From positions 541,047 through 605,046 of the forward strand of contig CAVUWG010000003.1 in NCBI GenBank assembly GCA_963745295.1: 64,000 nucleotides of DNA. The letters are read 5' to 3'. A model generated the notes under the pieces. That model searched no databases and had not been told where the DNA came from. It saw nothing but the letters and a program-made list of their open reading frames with translations. Source of the DNA: an uncultured Chloroflexia bacterium (GTDB lineage Bacteria > Chloroflexota > Limnocylindria > Limnocylindrales > CSP1-4). The position numbers were made by a program, and so were the translations under genes. Positions 9,463 through 18,780 of this stretch are shown here, piece after piece. Position 1 is the stretch's first letter, and each line of letters begins with the position of its first letter.

Positions 9463-10626
9463 TTACGGCTTCTTGGTCGGCTTGGCGGTGGTCTCGGCCG
9501 GGCTGGGCGACGCCGCGCCCGATGGCGCCGGCGAGACCGGCGCGGTGTCGGGGACGGCCTCGAGGAGCGTCTGGTGGAGCCCGTCCTTCGAGATCCACGT
9601 CAGCGTCGCGGGGACGTCCTCGACGGCCGGCGTGACCGCGATCGCGCGGATGTCCTCCCAGTCGGGGGCGTTGCCGGCCGGCCGGTACTGGGCCACGTAG
9701 TCGCCGCCCGTCTTCTCGATCGCGATGATCCGCCCGTTCGGCTTGTCGTAGACGTACACGACGCCCTCGCGCTGGTTCGGTCCACCGGCGATCTGCGAAT
9801 ACTTCGGGGCCGCCCGGATGAGCTCGTCACCGGGCATGTCCGCCTTCCAGCCATCGTCCTTGCCCGAGTGGAACCGCTCGAGCACGCCGTCCTCGAGCAC
9901 GAACAGGTCGCCGTCGATGAACAGGGCGGTCATCCCGTCGATCGGCCGGGCGGTGGCGAGCCAGGGGGTCGAGGCGATCGGGTAGCCGCCGCCGTCGGCC
10001 GCCGGCGAGTAGGCCCGGATCTGCTGTTCGGACGGGTCGACCGCGTACAGCTTGTACAGCCCGCGGCCCTGGTCCTGCAGGTAGGTCCCGATGGCCGTCA
10101 CGTCGTCGCCCCATGAGGCGGCGCCGTTGACCTTGATGCGCTTGAGCGTGCCCTTGCCGCTCGCGTTCGACGGGCGCCAGCGCCAGAGCGTGTTCTTCGA
10201 GTCGAGGATCAGGAGGTCGGAGCCGCCGACCGCCAGGAAGCGCGGCGTCGCGACGGTCGCGTTGTCGGCCTTCTGCCCGGAGCGCGCGACGGCCGTGGCC
10301 TTCTTGGACTTGAGGTCGACGCGGTAGACGGTCTTGGTCGAGCGATCCAGGACGTACGGCGCGCCGTCGGGTCCCTTGACCATGCCGCCCAGGTCGATCG
10401 GGTCGCCGCCTTCGGCCGGCGTGAACGTGAAGATCGTCGTCGAGGCGACCGGCACGACGCCGTACAGGCGGTCGAGGCCCGCCACCGCCTGCTTGCGGAG
10501 TGGTTCGATGACGGCGACGCTGACGCCGGACTCCTCGGCGGCGTCCAGTTGCTCGTACGCCTCGGTCAGGAGCTCCTTGGCCTGCCCGGGGTCGTCCACG
10601 ACGAGATCGACGCCGGGGGCCTTCAC
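9463..10626 (-). CDS. Hypothetical protein with beta-propeller-like repeats and a P/S/T-rich C-terminal tail
   Basis: 387-aa ORF with GTG start and good GC3 bias. The start overlaps the stop of the upstream gene (GTGA). No signal peptide. Confidence 0.5.
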   Translation of the reverse strand: MKAPGVDLVVDDPGQAKELLTEAYEQLDAAEESGVSVAVIEPLRKQAVAGLDRLYGVVPVASTTIFTFTPAEGGDPIDLGGMVKGPDGAPYVLDRSTKTVYRVDLKSKKATAVARSGQKADNATVATPRFLAVGGSDLLILDSKNTLWRWRPSNASGKGTLKRIKVNGAASWGDDVTAIGTYLQDQGRGLYKLYAVDPSEQQIRAYSPAADGGGYPIASTPWLATARPIDGMTALFIDGDLFVLEDGVLERFHSGKDDGWKADMPGDELIRAAPKYSQIAGGPNQREGVVYVYDKPNGRIIAIEKTGGDYVAQYRPAGNAPDWEDIRAIAVTPAVEDVPATLTWISKDGLHQTLLEAVPDTAPVSPAPSGAASPSPAETTAKPTKKP

Positions 10627-11726
10627 CTTGGCGAGGTTCTCGCGCGCCTTGTCGAGGGCCGTCCTGGCCGGTGTTGGCCGAGCTGGATGGCCGCCTGCTT
10701 GCCCTGGCCGCCGAAGACGTAGACCCCGAAGCCCAGCCCGGCGGCGACGACCAGCAGCGCAAGGACCGCGAGCGCGGCACGGCGCTGGGTCTGGCGGCGC
10801 GAGGCGAGGGGCGTGACCCTCCGGTAGGCGGGCTTCCGGCGAGGCAGGAGCTCCTGCACCCGGCCGACGACCTTCTCGATCGCGCCGCCGGCCGCGACCC
10901 GGGCACTGCCCGCGGCGGCGCTGACCGCGACGCCCGCGGCCTGGACGTTGTCGGCAAGCGGGATCGGCGAGCGGTCGGGGGCGCCGGCGAGCGGCTCGGC
11001 CGGCTTGACCGGCACGGGGGCGCGTCCGCGGGCCGTGGCCGACACCTCGCCCGCCTCGAAGGCGATGGCCCCATCGCTGCCGGCCCCGCCGTCCGCCACG
11101 AACCGGTGATGCAGGTGCTCCATGGCCGACTGCGGGTGCAACGTCAGCATCGCGTCCTTGAGCTCGTCCGGACCGAGCTTCGCCATGACATTGGGCGACA
11201 CCAGGACCAGCGAGTCACCGACCGAGACCTCACCGCGCCACACGTCCGGTTCGAGCTCGCCCGACGGCAGGCCGCGTTCCCGATGCGGATCGGGGAGGGT
11301 CGAGAGGCGCGCCTGGCGGATCAGGTAGGCCTCGGCCGGCCCGACGGTGGCCACGTACATCTCGTTGCCGCGAACCACGGCCACCGCCACCCCGATCGGC
11401 CCGTTCGCGTCGGTCGACTTGAGGCCCAGACGGTCGGCCTGGTGCGCGAGCCGCTTGTTCGCCGTGCCGATCGCCTTCTGGAGGCAGACGCGGATGCCGG
11501 CGGACTCGTCGTAGTAGTACTCGTTCCGGATCGTCTCGGCAGCGAGCCGCGTCGCCTCGAGGGCGTGCCGCGAACTGATGCGCGAGGTGACGAGCAGGTA
11601 GAGCAGGCCCTTGGAACGGGCGACCGACCCCACGTTGGGCTCGACGACGACAAGCGTGTCCGGCGAGTCCGGGAGGCGGTCATGTTCGGCGACGACGCCG
11701 AGTTTCATCTGGAGTCGGACGGCCAT
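10623..11726 (-). CDS. Membrane-anchored PP2C-fold (PstP-like) domain protein with the metal-binding Asp residues replaced; putative pseudophosphatase
   Basis: Colinear with the PP2C fold. The DGMGG, IGDSR and DN motif positions read TSRISS, VGPAE and SDG. One C-terminal TM helix (ALAVLALLVVAAGLGFGVYVF). Confidence 0.5.
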   Translation of the reverse strand: MAVRLQMKLGVVAEHDRLPDSPDTLVVVEPNVGSVARSKGLLYLLVTSRISSRHALEATRLAAETIRNEYYYDESAGIRVCLQKAIGTANKRLAHQADRLGLKSTDANGPIGVAVAVVRGNEMYVATVGPAEAYLIRQARLSTLPDPHRERGLPSGELEPDVWRGEVSVGDSLVLVSPNVMAKLGPDELKDAMLTLHPQSAMEHLHHRFVADGGAGSDGAIAFEAGEVSATARGRAPVPVKPAEPLAGAPDRSPIPLADNVQAAGVAVSAAAGSARVAAGGAIEKVVGRVQELLPRRKPAYRRVTPLASRRQTQRRAALAVLALLVVAAGLGFGVYVFGGQGKQAAIQLGQHRPGRPSTRRARTSPR

Positions 11727-11847
11727 GCGGGCCTCTCGTGGTCAGCGGATCCCCCCGCAGCCCGGAGGGTGGCGGGGTGTTCGAGCGGCGGACGATCCCG
11801 GTACGATCGGGGACGTTCCCCCCGAGATGGCTGGCAGGTGCCGGGGA

Positions 11848-12177
11848 TTATACGCGGGGACCTCCGCGCCGGACGTGCACGCGCATTTCCCGCACGCCGA
11901 GCCCGCCCGGCGATGTCCCGAACGCGGCCAGCAACTCGGACGCCCGCAGGCGCAGCTCCTGGGCCACGATGGGTGCGTCCGCCTCCACGTCCACCGCGAA
12001 ACCCTCGAGGCGCACGACCCGACACGAACCGGCCGCCGCCGGCACGCGCTCGGCGACGAGCGCCTCGAACGTGGCCATCGCCTTCGAGAGGCGCAGTTCC
12101 TCCTCGAGGCCGAGCGCCCGGGCCGCGTCCGGGATCAGGTCGCCGAGGCGGACCATCGGACGGCGCCTCGGGCTCAT
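11848..12177 (-). CDS. DUF721 (DciA-like) protein
   Basis: Small ORF immediately downstream of recF, overlapping by 4 nt. Position and size match the DUF721 proteins that follow recF in many genomes. Confidence 0.5.
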   Translation of the reverse strand: MSPRRRPMVRLGDLIPDAARALGLEEELRLSKAMATFEALVAERVPAAAGSCRVVRLEGFAVDVEADAPIVAQELRLRASELLAAFGTSPGGLGVREMRVHVRRGGPRV

Positions 12178-13268
12178 GGCAGCGCGCCCGATGCGCTCAC
12201 GAGCGGCCGGCGGCGCCGGCGGCGTCCGGGACGAGGCGGGCCGCCATCCGGCTCGGCCCGCACCTCCCAGGTCGTGGCGATCGCGCGCAGCGCCGGGTCC
12301 AGGTCGTCGAGCGTGGTCGTGGTCACGAACGCCTGGGGGAGGTCGGCGATCCGCCGCACGAGGTGCGATCGGCGGTCCGGATCGAGCTCCGAGAACACGT
12401 CGTCGAGCAGGAGCAACGGTGGGCGCCCGTCGAGAGCCGTGAGCAGGTCGAGCTCCCCGAGCTTGAAGGACAGGATGGCGGTCCGCTGTTGGCCCCGCGA
12501 CGCGAAGCCGGCCAGGTCGCGTCCGGCCAGCTCGAACACGAGGTCGTCGCGGTGTGGGCCGACCAGCGTCGCCCCGTTCCAGACCTCCTTGTCGGCGGTC
12601 TCCACGAGGCGGCGCGCCAGTGCGTCGCGCGGCGTCTCACCGGGTGCGGTCGGCGCATTCGTGCTGTAGCGCACGGCCAGCGCGGCCGCGGCGGCCTCGT
12701 CGGGCGCGATCTCGGCGTGGGCGGCGGCGATCGGGCCCGCCAGCTGGTCCAGGAGGCGCAGCCGGTCGGCGACGATGCGCCCGCCCGCATCGAGGAGGGC
12801 GCCGTCCCAGAAGCGGAGCTCGTCGCGCGACGCCCCATCCTCCCGGATGGCCCGCAGCAGGCCGTTCCGTTGCTGGAGCGTGCGGCCGTAGGTCGAGAGG
12901 GCGCTGGCGTAGCCCGGGAACGCCGAGCTCGCGAGCTGGTCGATGGCCGCGCGCCTGAGTCCGGGCGAGCCGGCCACCAGGAGCATCTCCTCGGGGGCGA
13001 AGACCACGACGCGCAGCGGGCTCTCGAGCGCACCGGCCCGCCGGCCGACGCCGTTGACGCGGAGGCGCTTGCGGCCGGCCGTGCCGCCGACCCCCGATCG
13101 GACGATCGCCACCTCGACGACATCGAGCCCGAGACGGCCCTCGATCCGGGCGAGGTCGGTGCCCCAGCGGATCAGCTCGCCGTCGGTCGAGGTGCGGTGC
13201 GAGCGGCCCCAGGCCAGCAGGACGATCCCCTCGAGCAGGCTGGTCTTGCCCGCGGCGTTCGGACCCAC
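12174..13268 (-). CDS. recF: DNA replication and repair protein RecF
   Basis: Walker A GPNAAGKTSLLEG and RecF signature motifs. The true N-terminus extends upstream: the in-frame sequence LLDSISLLDLRGY is typical RecF, but no ATG/GTG/TTG start codon is present there. Confidence 0.9.
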   Translation of the reverse strand: MGPNAAGKTSLLEGIVLLAWGRSHRTSTDGELIRWGTDLARIEGRLGLDVVEVAIVRSGVGGTAGRKRLRVNGVGRRAGALESPLRVVVFAPEEMLLVAGSPGLRRAAIDQLASSAFPGYASALSTYGRTLQQRNGLLRAIREDGASRDELRFWDGALLDAGGRIVADRLRLLDQLAGPIAAAHAEIAPDEAAAAALAVRYSTNAPTAPGETPRDALARRLVETADKEVWNGATLVGPHRDDLVFELAGRDLAGFASRGQQRTAILSFKLGELDLLTALDGRPPLLLLDDVFSELDPDRRSHLVRRIADLPQAFVTTTTLDDLDPALRAIATTWEVRAEPDGGPPRPGRRRRRRPLVSASGALP

Positions 13269-13393
13269 GATGAGCTGGGGACCGGCCCCGAAGGCCGCCT
13301 CCAGCGCGGCGTATCCGCGGAGGTCGAGCAGGCTGATGGAATCGAGCAGGGTCTCCCCGGTCCGGGCGCCGCCGGTCCGGCCTCCGGTCGTCG

Positions 13394-14512
13394 CTAGGAG
13401 GTCGTCCGGACGGGCATGACGACGTGGATGTAGTGGTCGTCCCCGACGGGCTTGAAGACCCCCGGCGAGAGCGGCCCGTTGAGCTCGAGGGCGAACTGGT
13501 CGGCGTCGACGTTCGTGAGCACGTCCGCGAGGTAGCGAGCGTTGAAGGCGATCGTCGTCCCGTCGCCTTCGACCGCGGCCTCGACCTGGCCGACGTGGTC
13601 CCCGACCTCGGCGTTGGCGCTGACGGTGATGCCGGCCTCGCCGTCGGCGCCGATCTGGAGCTTCACGATGTTGGCCGACTCGTGGGCGATGAGCGCCGCC
13701 GGACGGACGGCCCGCAGGAGCTCCTCGCGGTCGAGCACGGCCCGCGTCGAGTGCTCCTTCGGCACGACCTGCTGGTAGTTCGGGAACTGGCCGTCGATCA
13801 ACCGGCTCACGAGATCGATGCCGTCGAGGTGGAACAGGACCTGGTTCCGGCCACTGGCCAGGACGATCTCGACCGGGTCGTCGACATCGGCCAGGACCCG
13901 GGCCAGTTCGTTGAGGGCGCGGGCGGGGATGACGACGCTCGTTTCGGGCACGGCGTCGAGGACCTCGATGGTCTTGACCGCGATCCGGTAGTTGTCGGCT
14001 GCCGCCAGGGTGAGCTGGTTGCCCTCGAACCGGGCCAGCACCCCGGTCAGGATCGGTCGAGCCTCGTCGCTCGCCGCGGCGAACGCCGTCTCGTTGAGAG
14101 CCCGTCGGAGGATGTTCTGGGCGACGCGCGTGGTCGGGCGCTCGCCAGCGGTCTGGATCGCCGGGAATTCCTCGGCCTCGATGCCCTTGATGTGGGTCTC
14201 GAACCGACCACTGCGCAGATGGAGCGACTCGCCCGGGCCCAGCTCGAGATCCACCTTGTCGCCGGCCGGCAGCGAGTTGACGAGATCGGTCAGGAGCTTG
14301 GCCGGGACGGTCGTCGCGCCGTCGGTCTCGATCTTGCCGGGCACCCAGTAGGTGATGCCGATCTCGAGGTTCGTCGCGGTCAGCTTCAGCCCGCCGTCCT
14401 CGGTCTTGAGCAGGACGTTGGCCAGGACCGGCAAGGTACTCCGGCTGGACACGGCACGGCTGACGATGGACAGGCCTCGCGCCAGATGCTCCTGCATCAC
14501 CGAGAGTCTCAC
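13394..14512 (-). CDS. dnaN: DNA polymerase III beta sliding clamp
   Basis: 372 aa. N-terminus MRLSVMQEHLARGLSIVSRAV...RSTLPVLANVLL is a typical DnaN start. Confidence 0.9.
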   Translation of the reverse strand: MRLSVMQEHLARGLSIVSRAVSSRSTLPVLANVLLKTEDGGLKLTATNLEIGITYWVPGKIETDGATTVPAKLLTDLVNSLPAGDKVDLELGPGESLHLRSGRFETHIKGIEAEEFPAIQTAGERPTTRVAQNILRRALNETAFAAASDEARPILTGVLARFEGNQLTLAAADNYRIAVKTIEVLDAVPETSVVIPARALNELARVLADVDDPVEIVLASGRNQVLFHLDGIDLVSRLIDGQFPNYQQVVPKEHSTRAVLDREELLRAVRPAALIAHESANIVKLQIGADGEAGITVSANAEVGDHVGQVEAAVEGDGTTIAFNARYLADVLTNVDADQFALELNGPLSPGVFKPVGDDHYIHVVMPVRTTS

Positions 14513-14978
14513 GTCGGGTTCACTCCAAGCATGTCGTGATGGCGGGCGATGCGACCGTGTCGCGGATGCAGACCGTCGGCGATCGCTCGCACACCGGTCC
14601 CCGGGCGGTCCGCGTGGGGTCGTGGGTATCTTCTCTCTATCTTCTCACCCCGTCATCATCACCATCAGGGTGTGGAGCGCGTGGACGCTCCGGTGCGGCG
14701 CCGCTCGCGGCTGACGTTGACGAGCCGGCCCGGCTGGTGGACGGAAGGCTGCCGGGCGGGGAGGACGTCGGTGTTCCACGGTGGACGATCCCGACGGACA
14801 TCCACAGGCCCGTCCGAACGGGCCCGACCCGTCAACGACGGAGGTTGCGGATGTCCACAACGGGCAGGGGTTTTCCACGGATTTCGCGTGGTTATCCACA
14901 CGAATCGGTGATGGGGCCGTCCGATCGGCCCCGTGGCGGGGCATCCCTGGTCGCATCGGCCACGTCGGCCGCACGCCT
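14513..14978. promoter_or_regulatory. oriC: Putative oriC: five same-orientation DnaA boxes plus an AT-rich unwinding element in the dnaA-dnaN spacer
   Basis: One perfect DnaA box TTATCCACA at 14892-14900. Degenerate boxes at 14772 (TGTTCCACG), 14798 (ACATCCACA), 14851 (ATGTCCACA) and 14871 (TTTTCCACG). AT-rich TATCTTCTCTCTATCTTCTCA at about 14625-14650. Confidence 0.6.
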
Positions 14979-16379
14979 CTAGTCGGCGTAGATGAGCTCC
15001 CGAACCGCGGCGATCTCGCGCCGAAGCTCGTCGTTGACCGCCGATTCGCGGGTGATCTTGTCGCAGGCGTGGAGGACCGTCGAATGGTCCCGGCCGCCCA
15101 GCTCGGCGCCGATCCGGAGCAGCGACACGTCGGTCTCCTCGCGCATCAGGAACATCGCGATCTGGCGCGGCATGACGATCGACTTGTCGCGCTTCTGGCC
15201 CTGGAGGACCTCGAGCGGGACGCTGTAGTAGTCCGAGACCGCCTTGGCGATGCGCTCCGGCGTCACCTGGCGCTTCTTCGGGTTGTAGAGGACGTTGGAG
15301 AGGACGGCCTGGGCGAGCTCGATGCTGATGGGCGTGGCGCCCATGCTCGCGAAGGCGATGATCCGGTTGAGCGCGCCCTCGAGCTCGCGGATGTTGCTCA
15401 CGACCTTGCGCGCGATGAACTCGATGACGTCTGACGTGATCGGCAGCGCGCCTTCCTCGGCCTTGGCCCGCAGGATCGCGATGCGCGTCTCCAGGTCGGG
15501 CGCCGTCAGGTCGGCGATGAGGCCCCATTCGAAGCGGCTGCGCAGACGCTCCTCGAGGGTGAGGATCGCCTTCGGCGGCCGGTCCGAGGACATCACGATC
15601 TGCTTGCCGTCCTCGTGGATGGCGTTGAAGGTGTGGAAGAACTCCTCCTGGGTCCGCTCCTTGTCGGCGATGAACTGGATGTCGTCGATGAGGAGCAGGT
15701 CGATCCGTCGGTAGCGGGCGCGGAAGTCGTCGATCTTGCCCTGCTGGATCGAGGTGATGAACTCGTTCGTGAACTTCTCCGACGTCGCATAGACGACGCG
15801 CTTGCGCGGGAACTTGGCGATGACCTGGTTGCCGATCGCGTGCATCAGGTGGGTCTTGCCGAGGCCCACGCCGCCGTAGAGGAACAACGGGTTGTACGCG
15901 TGGCCCGGACGCTCCGCGACCGACAGGCTCGCGGCATGGGCCAGGCGGTTGGCCGAGCCGACGATGAAGTTGGCGAAGGTGTAGCGCGGATTGATGTTGG
16001 TGGTGCCGCCCTCGCCACCGACGCGGGTGGGCTCGACCCGGACCTGGCTCGGGCCCGCGGCTGCCGGGTTCTGTCCCTGGGCCGCGGTGGCTCGCTCGCC
16101 GTCGGCGGATCCGTCTGCCGGGGCCGGGGTGGGGGCACTGCCGATGACGAACTCGACCTGGACGCTGTACCCGACGATCCGGGCGAGGGTCTGGCTGATC
16201 AGCGACCGGTAGCGCGTCTCGAGCCAATCCTTGGCGAAGCCGTTGGGGACCGAGATCCGGAAGCGTTGCTCATCCACGTCGACCAGCTGCGTGTCCCGCA
16301 GCCATGTCTCGTAGTTGGCCGGCGAGAGCGACACCTGCAGCTCGCCGAGAGCCGCCCGCCAGACCTGCTTGGCGTCCAT
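14979..16379 (-). CDS. dnaA: Chromosomal replication initiator protein DnaA
   Basis: MDAKQVWRAALGELQ N-domain, AAA+ box GGVGLGKTHLMHAIG, and a C-terminal HTH domain. The ORF-track start at 16709 adds 110 aa of low-complexity sequence, so the start was taken at the MDAKQ Met. Confidence 0.92.
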   Translation of the reverse strand: MDAKQVWRAALGELQVSLSPANYETWLRDTQLVDVDEQRFRISVPNGFAKDWLETRYRSLISQTLARIVGYSVQVEFVIGSAPTPAPADGSADGERATAAQGQNPAAAGPSQVRVEPTRVGGEGGTTNINPRYTFANFIVGSANRLAHAASLSVAERPGHAYNPLFLYGGVGLGKTHLMHAIGNQVIAKFPRKRVVYATSEKFTNEFITSIQQGKIDDFRARYRRIDLLLIDDIQFIADKERTQEEFFHTFNAIHEDGKQIVMSSDRPPKAILTLEERLRSRFEWGLIADLTAPDLETRIAILRAKAEEGALPITSDVIEFIARKVVSNIRELEGALNRIIAFASMGATPISIELAQAVLSNVLYNPKKRQVTPERIAKAVSDYYSVPLEVLQGQKRDKSIVMPRQIAMFLMREETDVSLLRIGAELGGRDHSTVLHACDKITRESAVNDELRREIAAVRELIYAD

Positions 16380-16746
16380 TCGTTCGATCGGACCTGTCAT
16401 AAAGGGATGACGTGGATGGGTAGCGTTGACCAAGGATCCGGGCGAGGGGCCGGGGCACGCGAGCGCTCTCGAATGGCCGGCATCGCACCGGGCGATGCGT
16501 GATCCCGGGAGCCCTGGTGGCAGGGATTCCGGGCCTCCCGCAGGCGTCCCGGCGCCGATGGGCCCGGAGAGGATAGCACCGGCGGAAGGGGCGTCGCAAG
16601 GCGATCGTGTCATACTCCCGGGGAGTATCCATGCATGGACGGCCCGAGCCCCTTCCCGTTCCCGACGACGCCCTCGCGCGTGCGCGTAGGCACCATAGCC
16701 CCGCGGCATCGACGCAAACCGTCTCGCTCCGTGGTGTCGCCAAGGT

Positions 16747-16776
16747 TTGACACCCCTTCGAAGCGGGCCGTATCAT
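16747..16776 (+). promoter_or_regulatory. Sigma70-like promoter TTGACA-N18-TATCAT upstream of rpmH
   Basis: Hexamers read directly in the sequence, about 120 nt upstream of the rpmH start. Confidence 0.4.
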
Positions 16777-16892
16777 CCGCCGGACGACGACGCGCTCCGC
16801 GCTTTCGGGCGCCGGGCGCGTTTGCGTGCCTCTAGGGGTCGAACAACGACATCGTCCCAGAGGCCGGACGGAGAGGATCCCGGACCACCTCC

Positions 16893-17027
16893 ATGAAGCA
16901 GACCTATCAGCCAAAGAAGCGCCATCGCGCCAAGGAACATGGGTTCCGCGCCCGGATGAAGACGACCCCGGGTCGCCGTGTCCTGGCAGCGCGAAGGGCA
17001 CGCGGTCGAAAGCGGCTGACGGCCTGA
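16893..17027 (+). CDS. rpmH: 50S ribosomal protein L34
   Basis: 44-aa [47 protein letters not shown]. It is below the ORF-track size cutoff. Confidence 0.9.
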   Translation: MKQTYQPKKRHRAKEHGFRARMKTTPGRRVLAARRARGRKRLTA

Positions 17028-17062
17028 CGACGGAGCGCGGCCCTAACTCGCCGCGGCTCGAG

Positions 17063-17395
17063 ATGCTCTCCCGCCCAAAGGACTTCACGGCGATCGGTGG
17101 AACCGGGACGACGCGGTCCCATCCATTGTTCACCGCCAGGTTCCTGCGGACCGACCTCGAGACGACCCGGTTCGGGCTGTCGACCGGGCGAAAGCTCGGC
17201 GGCGCTGTCGTCCGCAACCGGGTCCGCCGACGACTCCGCGAGGCGCTCAGGGTGATGGCGCCCTCGTTCCAGCCCGGCTGGGACGTCCTCATCATCGCCC
17301 GGCCAGCGATCGTCGAGGCCGACCATGACACGCTGGTCGGGGCGTTGCGCCGGACCCTGACCAGGGGCGGCGCTCTCGGAGGACCAGACGCGTGA
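17063..17395 (+). CDS. rnpA: Ribonuclease P protein component
   Basis: [13 protein letters not shown]...[11 protein letters not shown] is the RnpA motif. It lies directly after rpmH. Confidence 0.85.
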   Translation: MLSRPKDFTAIGGTGTTRSHPLFTARFLRTDLETTRFGLSTGRKLGGAVVRNRVRRRLREALRVMAPSFQPGWDVLIIARPAIVEADHDTLVGALRRTLTRGGALGGPDA

Positions 17396-17598
17396 AGCGC
17401 ATCGGGATCGGGTTGATCAAGCTCTATCGGATCGTCTTCGCGTGGCTGCCGGCCAGTTGCCGGTTCGAGCCGACCTGTTCCCGCTACACGGAGCAGGCCA
17501 TCGAGAAGTACGGCCTCCTCAAGGGCAGTTGGATGGGCGCCAAACGGATCGCCCGCTGCCACCCATGGAATCCGGGCGGGTATGACCCGGTCCGCTAG
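17392..17598 (+). CDS. yidD: Membrane protein insertion efficiency factor YidD
   Basis: 68 aa with a [11 protein letters not shown]...RCHPW motif. ATGA overlap with rnpA. Confidence 0.85.
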   Translation: MKRIGIGLIKLYRIVFAWLPASCRFEPTCSRYTEQAIEKYGLLKGSWMGAKRIARCHPWNPGGYDPVR

Positions 17599-17613
17599 CG
17601 AGGCGTTCGGCTC

Positions 17614-18780
17614 GTGACACGCTCCCGCCTCCGCCGGATCCCGTTCGCGTCGATCGGATTCCTGCTCCTCGTCCTCCTCCTGGTGGTCGCCTGCGCCCCT
17701 GGCGGACCCGGTGGATCCGGCAGCCCCGGCGCGTCGCCCACGCCACAGCCGCCGCTGACACCGGCCCAGCCGGGCGCGGACCCGGTCAGCCTCCTCGCTT
17801 GGCTGTTCACCCCGATCTTCCAGGCCATGTTGATCATCATGGTCGGGGTCTACTCGTTCCTCTGGAGCCTCGGCGTGCCGGCGGCCATCGGCTGGGCGAT
17901 CGTCGCCCTGACGCTCGTCGTCCGCACTCTCGTGATCCCACTCGTGCGCAAGCAGCTGGTCTCACAACGCCGGATGCAGCTGCTCCAGCCCGAGGTCCGG
18001 GAGATCCAGAAGCGCTACAAGGGCGACTCGATGAAGGCTCGGGTCGCCCAGCAGGAGCTGTTCAAGGAACGCGGCATCAACCCGTTGGCCGGTTGCTTCC
18101 CGCTCCTGCTCCAGATGCCGCTGCTGTTCATCATGTATTCGGTCATCCAGAACGGCCTGACGAACGTGGATCCGAGCGGCATGCTCACCATCTTCGGCGT
18201 CCAGGTCGTCCCACTCACCTGCACGAACCTCAACGCCGCCGGCGTGCCCGATGCAAGCCTCGGACCGTGCATCGACACGGTCATCCCGATCCTCGGCGGC
18301 ATCGACGTCAGCCTGCCGTCGACGATCTTCGCCATCGCCGGGTTCGGGATCAGCCTCCTCGCCATCGGCTCGGCCCTGCTCCAGCTGGTGCAGTCGCGGA
18401 TGATGATCCCGCCGGCGACCGGAGACGACGACCCCAACACGAAGATCCAGCGACAGACGATGCTCTTCCTGCCGCTGATCTCGATCGCCTACGGCGGCTT
18501 CCTGCCGGCCGGACTGTTCATCTACTGGATCACGGCGACGATCTACGGGATCGTCCAGCAGTACCTGATCGTGGGCTGGGGCGGGATGTTCCCGCTGTTC
18601 GGACGGACGCCGGCCTTCGCGGTCGGCCACACCCCGCGATTCCCGGTATCCATGCCACCACCACCTGACCCAGGCAAGCGTGCGGCCATCCTGACCGACG
18701 CGGACAAGAAGACGACGGCCGAGAAGACCATCCGCCCCCGTGAGCGTGGTCGCCAGGGCCGACGAGGGAGACGACGCTAG
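17614..18780 (+). CDS. yidC: Membrane protein insertase YidC (short form)
   Basis: TM core of the YidC/Oxa1 family with an N-terminal signal/lipobox-like segment. Confidence 0.88.
   Translation: MTRSRLRRIPFASIGFLLLVLLLVVACAPGGPGGSGSPGASPTPQPPLTPAQPGADPVSLLAWLFTPIFQAMLIIMVGVYSFLWSLGVPAAIGWAIVALTLVVRTLVIPLVRKQLVSQRRMQLLQPEVREIQKRYKGDSMKARVAQQELFKERGINPLAGCFPLLLQMPLLFIMYSVIQNGLTNVDPSGMLTIFGVQVVPLTCTNLNAAGVPDASLGPCIDTVIPILGGIDVSLPSTIFAIAGFGISLLAIGSALLQLVQSRMMIPPATGDDDPNTKIQRQTMLFLPLISIAYGGFLPAGLFIYWITATIYGIVQQYLIVGWGGMFPLFGRTPAFAVGHTPRFPVSMPPPPDPGKRAAILTDADKKTTAEKTIRPRERGRQGRRGRRR

Noticed and set aside
9463-11726. Possibility that the PP2C-like gene and the downstream beta-propeller-like gene are one gene split by a frameshift (TM helix followed by an extracytoplasmic domain)
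   Set aside because: The frame relationship would need a deletion or two insertions, unlike the single +1 insertions seen elsewhere. The junction is a clean GTGA stop/start overlap typical of translational coupling. Kept as two genes, with low certainty.
16426-16689. 87-aa ORF in the dnaA upstream region
   Set aside because: It overlaps the promoter and palindrome region. No coding signal beyond GC richness.
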